Assembly: GCA_965208675.1 (NCBI GenBank)
Contig: OZ242351.1
Location: 3,808,001-3,872,000, forward strand
Direction: 5' to 3'
Source: Candidatus Poribacteria bacterium
GTDB lineage: Bacteria > Poribacteria > WGA-4E > PCPOR2b
DNA length: 64,000 nucleotides
Part shown: positions 19,756 through 29,605 of the stretch, one piece after another
Position numbering within the stretch: position 1 is the stretch's first letter
How the letters are laid out: every line of letters starts with the position of its first letter
Notes under the pieces: model-generated
Seen by the model: the letters and a program-made list of their open reading frames with translations, nothing else
What the model was told of the DNA's origin: nothing
The model's database searches: none
Position numbers and translations under genes: made by a program

Positions 19756-21633
19756 ATGGATAATCGAAACACGCGCGTCTTGGTCGTCGACGACCAAGAG
19801 AGTATTTATACCGACTTTTCAGGAGATGCTGGTCGTCAAAAGACGAAAACATCGCGCAGATGAGTTAACCGCCGGTTTTTTCCGGCAATCGATGACACCA
19901 ATCCGGTCGCCGAGTTGCCGTTTTTTGAGCTATCTTACGCTTCAAACGGCGATGCCGCCGTAGAGGCGGTTAAGTCCGCTAAGGAATCTAATCGTCCGTT
20001 TGCGCTAGCGTTTATTGATATCCGGATGCCACCGGGCATTGACGGGATTGAGGCTATTCGGCAAATACGAGAATTCGCGAAAAATCTTGAAATCGTCATC
20101 ATGACCGCCTATAGCGACAAACCGATGTCGGTAATCATGACGAATTTGGAGCTGCTCCACAAACTGTTGTATATACGGAACCCGGTCGCACGCGAGGTGA
20201 TTCGGCAGATTACCAGGACGCTCGTCGAGAAATGGAACTTGGAGCAGGAAGCCTCCCAGCAGCGGCAGAGACTGAAGACCGTGCTTGACGCCAAAAGCGA
20301 CGCGGTTGGCATGTTTGGGGAAGACAACAAACTGCTGTACGCCAACCACGCCTATTACCAACTGTTCGACTTTTCGCATAATGAACTGAAACAGTTATCG
20401 CCGGAAGACCTATCCAAACGCATTGAGGCGCGTCTGCGCAAAGTGGCTAACTATCGAGCAGGCGATACCGGCCCTTTGGCGCACTTCGAAGCCATTTTGG
20501 AGGAGACGGCGAATCGGTGTACCGCCGAACCCAGATTGTTTTTTCGATTTGTCATGCCGCTAGAGAAGGGCAACACCGAGAATTATGGTAGCATCATCTG
20601 TTATCATGATATGTCCAAAGAGGCGGAGATTCAGCGCATGAAGGCTGAAATCGTGTCTTTGCAACAGGAACTCGCCAATTCATACTCCTTCGACGGCATC
20701 ATCGGCGACAGCGCCGCGATGCGCAAGATTTACGAACAGATTCAGCTCGCGAGCGAAAGTGACATCGCTGTGCTTATTCAAGGAGAGAGCGGCACGGGCA
20801 AGGAGTTGGCGGCGAAAGCAATCCACTATAACAGCTCTCGCCGTGACAAGCGATTCGTGACCGTCAACTGCGCCGCGATACTGGAATCATTAATTGAGAG
20901 CGAGTTGTTCGGTCACGAAAAGGGTGCCTTCGCGGGTGCGGCTGCGCAACGGATTGGCAAATTCGAGCAACCGAACGCCGGCACCATATTCCTCGACCAA
21001 ATCGGAGATATGGCCATCTCAAACCAAGCGAAGTTGCTGCGCGTGCTCCAAGACGGTCGGATTCAACGTGTCGGCGGTGCGGGTAATGTCGACCTCGATT
21101 TTCGCGTGATTGCAGCCACCAACCATGACCTCGAAGCCGAGATGAAAACAGGGCGTTTTAGAAAAGATTTTTACTTTCGGATTTCTGCCTTCCCCACCAC
21201 AATCCCGCCCCTGCGCGAGCGGCGCGAAGATATTCCGCTCTTGGTCAATTATTTCTTGCAAAAAACGCAAAACCTGTCTGAACACATCAACGCTATCGCG
21301 CCCGACGCCATGCGCGTGTTGATGCAGTACCGATTCCCGGGGAACGTGCGGGAGTTAAAGAATATCATTCGCCGCGCTGTAATGCTTGAAACCTCGGACA
21401 TACTGCAAGCGAGCACGTTGTCGTTACAGATAACCGGTGCGCCGCGGTCGGCGAGTGACGGCGACAGTTCGCCTCATCCGGACAACATTCCCTTGTTAAC
21501 CGAACTTGAACGTTTAGCCATCGTCCAATCCCTGGAAGTTACCGGAAACAACATCGCGCGGGCTGCCCACGGGTTGGGCATCAATCAATCAACCCTGCAC
21601 CGCAAAATGAAGGCTTACGGCATCGAAGCGTAA
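19756..21633 (+). pseudogene. Disrupted sigma54-dependent response regulator (REC-PAS-AAA+-Fis HTH)
   Basis: MDNRNTRVLVVDD start at 19756; TGA at 19861 between two homopolymer slips; GESGTGKE intact but GAFAGA (for GAFTGA) and FLDQ (for FLDE). Confidence 0.75.
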
Positions 21634-21741
21634 CTAGCCCTACACCTTAATGGACAAGCATGACTGTCGAAACATTGGGGGTGAGTAAATAACGGGCTTC
21701 AAGTCAGATCCCCATGATTTCGCACAAAAGGAGGTTGTTCA

Positions 21742-22191
21742 ATGAATACGAAACAAAAACTCGGTTACATGGTCGTTGGAGGGGCTTTGGTCGCGGTCGG
21801 GATGGCGGTCGCGGTATTGCTGGTTTCGCCGGTCACGGCGCAAACTGATAAGTATGATACGATTCAGTGTTCTCAGTTAGAGGTCGTAGATGCGGACGGG
21901 GTCGTCGGGATAGTGCTTAGTATGGGCGACCAGGGTGGACGTGTCGATGTTTTGGGCAAAGACGATATATCGAAGGTCGTGCTTGATATCACCGAACAGG
22001 GCGGAACGATCGCCCTGCGTGACAAAGACGGCAAGTTAGGTCTGTCCCTCTTTAACGGCGAATATGGCGGGCGAGTCCACGTCTACGGCAAACAGAGCAA
22101 CGGCGCGGCGCTGATGCACATCAAAGAAAACGGCGGTGGCGAGGTGTCCACATGGGATAAAAACGGTTATAGGAAAAATCGGTTAAAATAA
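21742..22191 (+). CDS. EHGG/GKDG beta-repeat exported protein, array member 1
   Basis: RBS AGGAGG; hydrophobic N-terminus ending SPVTAQ; I.CS.LEVVDADG; ~23-aa repeats; VSTWDKNG tail. Confidence 0.8.
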   Translation: MNTKQKLGYMVVGGALVAVGMAVAVLLVSPVTAQTDKYDTIQCSQLEVVDADGVVGIVLSMGDQGGRVDVLGKDDISKVVLDITEQGGTIALRDKDGKLGLSLFNGEYGGRVHVYGKQSNGAALMHIKENGGGEVSTWDKNGYRKNRLK

Positions 22192-22269
22192 ACGACGGGG
22201 AGGGTAACCGTCATGTAAACGGCGTCGAAACCCAAAACCCGAAAATTTACGCAAAAAGGAGGCGGTTCA

Positions 22270-22899
22270 ATGAAAACGAAACACTGACTGGTAATAAGCG
22301 GACTTGTCGGCGGAATCATCGGCAGTCTGTTGACGGCGTTGTTAGTTTCACCAGTAACGGCGCAAAGGGACAAGTTCGAAGAAATTGTGTGCACAAGTTT
22401 GAGGGTCGTTGATGCGGCAGGAAAACACAGCGTGACAATTGATGGTACTGAACACGGCGGGGCTGTCATTGCCTTCGGCAAGGATGGCAAATTGGGGGCG
22501 TCGCTCAGTATCGGTTCATTTGGCGGGGTTGTCGAGGTTAGGAGTAGATTTGGCAATGCAACCGCGGTGCTAGGCACCGATCCGCACGGCGGGCGTGTTA
22601 GTGCTTGGGACAAAGATGCTAAACTGAGAGCGATTCTCGGTACTAGTGAACATGGTGGGATTATCGGCGTAATGGGAAAAGAGGAAGAATACGCGGAACT
22701 TGGTATTGAGGAACAGGGTGGATATGTCGCCGCTATGGGAAAAGAGAAGGGCGGTTCGGCAGGTCTTGGAATCGCTCGCAATGGTAACGGGTACGTCAGT
22801 GTCTATGACAGACATGGGAAGCTAAAAGCTGTCATGGGAACCGACAAATTTGACAACGGCGGCGTGTCCACTTATGACAAAAACGGCTATCGACAGTAA
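22270..22899 (+). pseudogene. EHGG/GKDG beta-repeat protein, member 2, with an in-frame TGA at codon 6
   Basis: AAGGAGG RBS + ATG 22270: MKTKH*LVISGLVGGIIGSLLTALLVSPVTAQRDKF, same frame as ORF 22330..22899. Confidence 0.75.
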
Positions 22900-22983
22900 G
22901 AACCCTAACCTCAAACACTCGGAGCAAATCCAATTGAGTGAAGATTATTAAGCTAACTATTCGGCTTCGCCCTGCGGCGGCGG

Positions 22984-23223
22984 TTAGCGCGAGTCCCCGT
23001 GCATAATCATGAGATTATTAGTAAAAGCCTCATCAAGTTTGCTAAACCTCATGTTCATTTCACTGCGTAATTCCCCAATCTCACTGCGTACGTCCCTAAT
23101 CTCATCGCGTAGTTCAACGCGCAAATCACTCAAATCCTTTCGGGTGGGAACGCGGGAGAAATACACAATGACATTTAGGATGAGGGCACCGATAGCAACA
23201 AGTTCCGCAATTGAAAACTCCAT
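22984..23223 (-). CDS. Small membrane-anchored coiled-coil protein
   Basis: RBS GGAAGGA; N-terminal TM helix then heptads DLRVELRDEIRDVRSEIGELRSEM. Confidence 0.65.
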   Translation of the reverse strand: MEFSIAELVAIGALILNVIVYFSRVPTRKDLSDLRVELRDEIRDVRSEIGELRSEMNMRFSKLDEAFTNNLMIMHGDSR

Positions 23224-23631
23224 GACAATCCTTCCGTCTAAATTAGGTGACGCACATTCATGATTGCACAATTTGAAAAGAATTTCAATTGAGTATCCAA
23301 ACCAGTGAACACAGTAACTACTTAAATCTATGATTTTGGTTCATTGAGGAGTATGCAACGCTGTATCGTGCGCTGCCAACCGGTAGGCGCTATCAGGCGA
23401 GTGGAATCGTTCAAGCTGAAAGATAGAGAAGTAGAGTAGAAGATGTTGTATGCGCGGCTGTACAAAAGAGATTCTGATTGAGGATGCCGTCCTCTAAAGC
23501 AAAATATTCGAAATGCCGCAAACTACTATTTGCGAAGCCCAACGCTGATGAAAGAGGGTTAATAAAATGGCTAGATGATGTGGATGCAAATGCTGTAATC
23601 GCTGATAATAACGCACAAAATTACAGCACAT

Positions 23632-23660
23632 AAAAAGGCGGGTGCAACCCGCACCCGCCT
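23632..23660 (-). terminator. Intrinsic terminator-like hairpin
   Basis: AGGCGGGTGC / GCACCCGCCT stem with an A-run on + (U-tract on -). Confidence 0.55.
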
Positions 23661-23867
23661 GATGACACTCCCTGTAGCGGTGAAAATTAAACGTTTACCA
23701 CTGAACTAGGAGAACTATACTTCAAATTACGTCTGATAATCTGTTGTCAATTTGACGATAATAAGACCACGTCATGGTAAGGATTTACGACGTATCCGTT
23801 CATACACCGAGACTGGTTTATTGAAAGAAGATAAGCCAGCGACATAACGTAATCGCTGGCTTTTTGT

Positions 23868-24305
23868 TTAATCGCTGTCCCCAGGACCGTGTCCTGATTC
23901 GCTGCCTTCGCCTCCGCTGGTGCCTTCTGTTCCGCTACTTCCCACTTCCGGGTGCGCACCCCAGGTAGTAAACTGAGCGTCAGAGGAAGGTAACACCACA
24001 TCAATAGTTTCACCGGGAGAAAGGTCTACTGGAGTCGTTGGTCCTAACTCAATGCCATTTGACAAATGCACTTCTACACGTACTCGTGATAACGTGCTAT
24101 TCGTCGTATTCGTGACTGTTCCCTGAAATGAATTAGCCGATGAATCATAGGCCAAGATTAACCTCGCTCCTGCCCTAGTTTCATCGTACGTATCATTTAC
24201 TCCGTATTGTGTGTTTGATTCTTCATCGCCTAGCATGGTATCGACCACAGAGGTATCATCAGCGCAAGCGATAAAGGCTAATGCCGCTAGAATTAGGTAT
24301 CTCAT
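23868..24305 (-). CDS. Lipoprotein with a small Ig-like (FxLYD-like) domain and Gly/Glu/Ser tail
   Basis: RBS AAGGAG; lipobox FIAC; F.GTVTNTT..TL..VRVEV.L. Confidence 0.7.
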   Translation of the reverse strand: MRYLILAALAFIACADDTSVVDTMLGDEESNTQYGVNDTYDETRAGARLILAYDSSANSFQGTVTNTTNSTLSRVRVEVHLSNGIELGPTTPVDLSPGETIDVVLPSSDAQFTTWGAHPEVGSSGTEGTSGGEGSESGHGPGDSD

Positions 24306-24406
24306 CGTCTCTCTCCTTTCTATTAAAATTTAACGCAAATCAAAATCCGCCAGTTTACCACGTCGAAACTTTCGACGCTGTTTTAAATTAGGCATGAAAA
24401 TTGAGT

Positions 24407-24672
24407 TCTTGTAGGTTGGGTTAAGCGGAGTAAATGAGAGACGCGAAAAATGTCGAATGGATATCGGTATTTGAATATGTGCGGGAATTGTTAAAAAGGT
24501 AGCAAACCCAACGATCAACCGACCGAATAGGGAGGGCGATAGTCTTGTTTTTATTGTGAGGTATTCGGTTCGTCGCATGACGTGCGTGAATCCGAAAAGC
24601 GTTGGAATCAACTGCGCGAATAGCCAGAGCGATAGTCTTCAACTCTTCGCCTCCCGAACCACTCACCCTACA
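24407..24672. repeat. Repeat family A element (MITE/REP-like)
   Basis: First ~105 bp align with the 30674 element; two internal GATCAAC...GCGATAGTCTT modules; degenerate ACCCTACA right end. Confidence 0.75.
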
Positions 24673-24686
24673 CGCGCCAAAAAATC

Positions 24687-24718
24687 CTCCCCCTTTACAA
24701 AGGGGAGCTAGAGGGGGT
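24687..24718 (+). repeat. Repeat family C copy
   Basis: CTCCCCCTTTACAAAGGGGAGCTAGAGGGGGT. Confidence 0.7.
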
Positions 24719-25066
24719 ACAAAAACCGCCCCAAATCCAACTTAAACCTGCACGAGGCAAAGAAGGCAATTTCTTCAAAGAATGAAACCTCGCTCCGCCT
24801 GAGAATCCAGCTTTTGCATCAGAAGCCCCACCTTCCGCGCTAACCCTTTTCCTGTCAAAAAGGGGAGTTTGAACAGGTACAATCAACGCGGAAAATCAAA
24901 CTGAAAACGACACTAGCGAATACATACCAAACCTTCTAATTTTCACTCCCAATGACCGCTCAAAAACACAACGAACCCGCTCTAATCCAGATCCCGTCCG
25001 TCTACTAGACGCTTGAAAAAAATAAATCGGAATCGCTCAATAATGCCCTGTCCTTCGTCCGCCCGC

Positions 25067-25095
25067 TTGAATATTGATGATTCGCACGTTACACT
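25067..25095 (+). promoter_or_regulatory. Sigma70-like promoter giving a near-leaderless transcript
   Basis: TTGAAT-17bp-TACACT ending 9 nt before ATG 25105; no SD sequence. Confidence 0.45.
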
Positions 25096-25104
25096 TTCTC
25101 CATA

Positions 25105-25593
25105 ATGAATACGTCAAATATCCGATTCAGCGAATCGGATATCGTCTTCACCATTGAACTTTTTGCGTTCTATGGGAAAGGCAAGAGTAATGCGAAGCTC
25201 GTATTGAGCGAACTGTGCGAATACTTTGGGATTGCGGACAATCCTAGCAATCATAAAATATTATCCAATAAAATCCGCACCTTTAATCCCAATCGACATG
25301 AATGCGCAGAGCATTATCGAGAGAGTTATCGTATGAAACGCAATCATAACCTTAATCACAGGCACGAGCCCCACGGAATCTATTCCAAATTGAAACATAA
25401 AATCTACCTCCGTGCGATTGACGTGTTGTGTGACGGAATGACGCCTTCTCTTGCGCTGAAACTCATTGAAGCCGAAAATCGATTCGCTATCGAACAAATA
25501 GACATATCTAACCAAGCAAGGATCGAGAGCGGTCTTTTAGCCGCCGAAACGGGAAATAGTTCTATACGTCATGGCGAAACGGAGCCGGATTAG
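25105..25593 (+). CDS. Hypothetical helical protein; positional candidate for terminase small subunit
   Basis: 162-aa ORF overlapping the start of the terminase large subunit gene; no recognised motif. Confidence 0.5.
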   Translation: MNTSNIRFSESDIVFTIELFAFYGKGKSNAKLVLSELCEYFGIADNPSNHKILSNKIRTFNPNRHECAEHYRESYRMKRNHNLNHRHEPHGIYSKLKHKIYLRAIDVLCDGMTPSLALKLIEAENRFAIEQIDISNQARIESGLLAAETGNSSIRHGETEPD

Positions 25594-27385
25594 CCGAAAC
25601 CGCAAAAAGTTTCGGCAAATCCATCGCGCAAATCATAGTGTAAGCACGCCGTCCGCCATCAATAGAACTGAAGAAGAACAAGACATCTATCTCCGCGGTT
25701 TCGATGATGTCCTGTTCTTCGCCAAGCAGCACTTTCCCAATGTGTTTACAGTGGAGTGCGGTCCCCATGCGTCTCCTATCCTGAACTGCATTCCCGCCGG
25801 TGAGCGCGGAAGGCGTGTCAATATCATTGCGCCCAGAGGTTGCGGCAAAAGCACCTACATCGCCGTAATCTATGTGCTGCACTGCGTCTACTACAAAGAC
25901 GAGTACGAACGGCGCGGCATAATGCCCGATAACTTCATCGTTATCGTGAGCGGTACTGAAGACCTCGCAAAAGCGCGGCTGCGCGACATCCGAGAAAAAA
26001 TAGAGGACGATCCAAACTTCCGCCATCTCAAAGGAAACGGAAAGTGGAGTGCGGACCAGCTCGATACCGCAAACGGAGTGTGCCTAATCCCCGTTGGGCG
26101 GCGCGGAAGAATACGCGGCGAACTCAAGGATCTCACAAGACCGACGCTGGTTGTCCTCGACGATGTTGAAGACAGCGAGGAAGTCCAAAACCCCCGCCTC
26201 CGCGAGAAAAACTGGAAATGGTTCAACGAAGATGTCATGCCCGTCGGCAGAATTGACGGCAAGACAAACTTTATCCACATCGACACCGTAAAGCACGAGG
26301 AAGCCATCTCCAAGAAATTGCAGAACCTGCCCGGCTGGTATACCCAATTCTACCGTTCTATCGACCACCCTGTCGACCTCCGCCACCCCACCGCCGAGCC
26401 GTTGTGGGAAGAGTGGGAAAAAATCTATACGGACATGAGGCTCGAAAAAGAGGAGCGCGACCGGCGGGAAAATGCATTTCTGGAAGAACATAAAGCTGAA
26501 ATGCTGGATGGTGTCGAGGAACTCTGGCCCCAAATGCTCTCGTATACACACATTTGCCGCCTTATCTGCAACGAAGGCTATATCTCCGTCATGCGCGAAC
26601 GTCAAAACTCGACGCGCGACCCCTCAAAAGAAACCTTTAACATGGAGAGTGCCGTTAGCTTCAAAATCACACCCGATGGACTCTTGAGAAGCGACGGACG
26701 ATTAGTCCGCTGGTGTGACATTGCCGGCGGCACATGTTTCCTCGATTGGGCTGGCGGCAAGGACGCTTACGATTCCTGCTTCGCTGCGGCTGTGTTCCTC
26801 CTGTGGGAACCGCTGCCTCAAGCGAACATGAGACGCCGCCGTGAACCGGTTACCGCCCTCTCTAACACCCACGCCTACGTGCTGAATGTCTGGATGGACA
26901 AAGTTCCTCCTTCCGCCCAACTAGAAGAGACGTTCAAACTCATTAAGCGGAGCATCAGCGATGTGCCGCACATCCGCTTCGAGTCGATTAAGCTTGCTGT
27001 CGAGGATATTCCGAAAGACACGGGCAACGCTATGCGAGAAATGATAAATCGGGCTTTCAACACGGCTCGGGAAAAGTATCAGATGACCTCCTTGGTTCAT
27101 ATCCAATTCTACAAACAAAACGCCAATAAAATTGAACGTATCGCCGCATTGGAACCGATTATTGCCAACCGGTGGCTCGCCTTCAATGAGACGCTGCCCG
27201 AGGAGTTTATGCGCCAAATGAGGCAATTCCCAATGGGCGATTTCTGCGACGGTCCCGATGCTCTGCAAAGCGCGACCAAGATGCCTATCACACGCTTCCC
27301 GGTTGAACGACTCCCGAACGGAATGCCGATGCCGTTCGACGAAGATCCGAATTCGTCAGGGCACGTAATAAGAAATTATCTATGA
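25571..27385 (+). CDS. Phage terminase large subunit-like ATPase/nuclease
   Basis: Walker A IIAPRGCGKST; G.IRG..RP.LVVLDDVE Walker B; RNase-H-like nuclease residues FLDWAGG..D, AVE, NK..RI..LEP, FP.G..CDGPDAL. Confidence 0.85.
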   Translation: MAKRSRISRNRKKFRQIHRANHSVSTPSAINRTEEEQDIYLRGFDDVLFFAKQHFPNVFTVECGPHASPILNCIPAGERGRRVNIIAPRGCGKSTYIAVIYVLHCVYYKDEYERRGIMPDNFIVIVSGTEDLAKARLRDIREKIEDDPNFRHLKGNGKWSADQLDTANGVCLIPVGRRGRIRGELKDLTRPTLVVLDDVEDSEEVQNPRLREKNWKWFNEDVMPVGRIDGKTNFIHIDTVKHEEAISKKLQNLPGWYTQFYRSIDHPVDLRHPTAEPLWEEWEKIYTDMRLEKEERDRRENAFLEEHKAEMLDGVEELWPQMLSYTHICRLICNEGYISVMRERQNSTRDPSKETFNMESAVSFKITPDGLLRSDGRLVRWCDIAGGTCFLDWAGGKDAYDSCFAAAVFLLWEPLPQANMRRRREPVTALSNTHAYVLNVWMDKVPPSAQLEETFKLIKRSISDVPHIRFESIKLAVEDIPKDTGNAMREMINRAFNTAREKYQMTSLVHIQFYKQNANKIERIAALEPIIANRWLAFNETLPEEFMRQMRQFPMGDFCDGPDALQSATKMPITRFPVERLPNGMPMPFDEDPNSSGHVIRNYL

Positions 27386-27421
27386 TGGCTGAATTAACCA
27401 ACACGTCAACGGTTAAAAAAA

Positions 27422-27548
27422 TGAGTATACTCAACTTATTTTTTCAAATACTCAAAAATACTCAACCTCCCAAACCCGCTCCCTGTCTAGGGTTGTGCCC
27501 ATTTTCGCTAATTTTCCTATTTCCCAAATACTCAAAAAAAATACGCAA
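27422..27548. repeat. Cluster of ATACTCAA iterated motifs
   Basis: TGAGTATACTCA palindrome, AAATACTCAA tandem x2 (27446-27465), again at 27526, variant at 27539. Confidence 0.65.
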
Positions 27549-27609
27549 ATCCAATATCCCAAATCTACCTCCCTTCACCCCAACCCACGAAGGCGCTACC
27601 GTCTTAATC

Positions 27610-27696
27610 GTAGGGGATCAACCGAGTGAATAGCGAGGGATCAAGCGACTGAATAAGGAGCGATCAACTGACCGAATAGCGAAGGCGATAGTCTTC
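27610..27696 (+). repeat. Repeat family A copy (three internal units)
   Basis: GTAGGGGATCAACCGAGTGAATAGCGAGGGATCAAGCGACTGAATAAGGAGCGATCAACTGACCGAATAGCGAAGGCGATAGTCTTC. Confidence 0.75.
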
Positions 27697-27747
27697 TCCT
27701 ATCTTCTCTTGTCTTGATTCCTGACTCAACAAACATCAAATTTTATG

Positions 27748-27776
27748 TTGACATACGCCGAATCATCTTGTAATAT
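27748..27776 (+). promoter_or_regulatory. Sigma70 promoter for array members 3-5
   Basis: TTGACA-17bp-TAATAT. Confidence 0.6.
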
Positions 27777-27875
27777 ATTAAGTAAATACGAATATAGTAT
27801 TTGGTGGACGGTTAAATTCCTTGCTCTCTACTGACCACTTATCACTAACCACTGTTTCTAAAAGGGGGATATTGC

Positions 27876-28694
27876 ATGTTTGGGATTCAGAATTGGAAGC
27901 AGGCACTCGGTTTAATGGCGTTGGGCAGCGTGTTCACCATCATCGGGTTGCTACTGTCTCCAGTCTCAGCGCAACGAGACAAGTTCGGGGAAATTGAGTG
28001 CACGAAGCTGACGGTCGTTGACGCGAACGGAAAACCGAGGGTGTTGATCGCCACCGACATAATCGGTAGTGATTATAGTGCCGACACCATACGGGTGCGT
28101 GTTATTGGCCATGGACTCGGCGCGTTTGTCTCTACCCATGGCATGGATGGGAAAACGGGGGCTGCGCTCGCTGTCTCACATCTAATCGGGGGGGCTGTCA
28201 CAGTCTATGATTACGATGGGATACTTGCAGCGGAACTCAAAGGCGAAAAGTATCGGAGAGGCGTCAGGGTCTATGGCGAGAATGGGAAACGAGCAGCGGA
28301 ACTCCTCGCCATTGAAAACCTCGGGATTGTCGAAACCTATGGCAAGGATGGCAAACCGATGGTAGGGCTCGGCACCGGAAAACATGGTGGGACTGTCGTT
28401 GCCTATGGCACGGATGGTGAATCGATAGCAAGGCTCGGCATCTTAGAACATGGCGGAACGGTCGCCGCCCTTGGAAAGGATGGTAATTTGGGGGCGGTGC
28501 TCAGTCTTGATGAACATGGAGGTAGTGTCAATGCCTATGGCAAGGATGGTAAATCGGAAGCATGGGTCGGTATCCGAGAACACGGCGGTTTTGTGCAGGT
28601 AAGAGGTAAAGGCGAGGGCGCGGCGGCCATGGGTGTAAATGAATACGGGAACGGCGCGGTGTCCACTTGGGACAAAAACGGCGTTCGACGGTGA
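27876..28694 (+). CDS. EHGG/GKDG beta-repeat exported protein, member 3
   Basis: SPVSAQRDKFGEIECTKLTVVD; EHGG.V.AYGKDG repeats; GVNEYGNGAVSTWDKNG. Confidence 0.85.
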   Translation: MFGIQNWKQALGLMALGSVFTIIGLLLSPVSAQRDKFGEIECTKLTVVDANGKPRVLIATDIIGSDYSADTIRVRVIGHGLGAFVSTHGMDGKTGAALAVSHLIGGAVTVYDYDGILAAELKGEKYRRGVRVYGENGKRAAELLAIENLGIVETYGKDGKPMVGLGTGKHGGTVVAYGTDGESIARLGILEHGGTVAALGKDGNLGAVLSLDEHGGSVNAYGKDGKSEAWVGIREHGGFVQVRGKGEGAAAMGVNEYGNGAVSTWDKNGVRR

Positions 28695-28725
28695 GAGCTA
28701 ACCTCAAACACAAGGAGTTTATCCA

Positions 28726-29574
28726 ATGAAGTCAATCAAAGAAAAACTGGCATATTTTATCAGTGGGGGGCTACTCGTCACGGTCGGCATGACACTCTCA
28801 CCTGTCACCGCACAAAAAGACAAATTCGGTGAAATTGAGTGTACGAAGTTGACAGTCGTTGATGTGGACGGCAAGCCGCTGATGGCGCTCGGTATCGAAG
28901 AACACGGTGCGTTTGTCATTGCCGGTGGCAAAGATGGGAAATCGATGGCGTTCCTCGGTATTGATGAATATGGCGGTAGGGTCAGTGTCGGTGGCAAGGA
29001 TGGGCAATTAAAAGCTGTGCTCAATATCTCTGAACACGGAGGACGTGTGCAGGTAAAGAGTAAAGGCGTGGGCAAGGTTGTCTCAGGTGTGAATGAATCC
29101 GGGCAAAAAGATAAGTTTGACACGATTCAGTGTTCTCGGCTGGAGGTGGTTGATGCGGACGGCAAGCCGCTTGTAGTGCTCGCTATCGGTGAATACGGCG
29201 GGGGTGTCGGCGCCTATGGCAAGGATGGCAAATCGATCGCAGGGCTCGCTATCAGCGAACATGGAGGGCGTGTCGATGTTTTTGACAATGATAAGGGGGG
29301 ATTGCAGGCCGGACTCAGTATCGATGAACATGGAGGGCGTGTCGATGCTTATGGCAAGGATGGGGATTCGCAGGTGTCGCTCGATATCACAGAGCACGGC
29401 GGTTTGGCCAACGCTTATGGCAAAGACGGCAAATCGAGGGCGATGCTCGGTATTGCAGAACACGGTGGTTTCGTCAGTGCTCATGGCAAAATCAAGGGCA
29501 AAGCGATAATTGGTGTGAATCAATCCGGGAACGGCGCCGTTTCCACGTGGGATAAAAACGGCGTTCGACGGTGA
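28726..29574 (+). CDS. EHGG/GKDG beta-repeat exported protein, member 4 (fusion of two units)
   Basis: Internal GVNESG|QKDKFDTIQCSRLEVVDADGK is a second mature N-terminus. Confidence 0.85.
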   Translation: MKSIKEKLAYFISGGLLVTVGMTLSPVTAQKDKFGEIECTKLTVVDVDGKPLMALGIEEHGAFVIAGGKDGKSMAFLGIDEYGGRVSVGGKDGQLKAVLNISEHGGRVQVKSKGVGKVVSGVNESGQKDKFDTIQCSRLEVVDADGKPLVVLAIGEYGGGVGAYGKDGKSIAGLAISEHGGRVDVFDNDKGGLQAGLSIDEHGGRVDAYGKDGDSQVSLDITEHGGLANAYGKDGKSRAMLGIAEHGGFVSAHGKIKGKAIIGVNQSGNGAVSTWDKNGVRR

Positions 29575-29605
29575 GAGCTAACCTCAAACTCAAGGAGTTT
29601 ATCCA

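Noticed and set aside
22285-22287. Genome-wide TGA recoding or selenocysteine
   Set aside because: TGA is used as a normal stop elsewhere (e.g. 28694, 29574, clpP) and the site lies in a signal-peptide n-region
23330-23635. Possible decayed gene
   Set aside because: Only short open segments, with no recognisable homology by eye
27382-27633. 83-aa ORF after terL
   Set aside because: Low-complexity translation of the ATACTCAA repeat region with no protein-like features
27610-27696. Family A tandem units as a CRISPR array
   Set aside because: Units are degenerate and adjacent with no unique 30-40 bp spacers, and no cas genes are present
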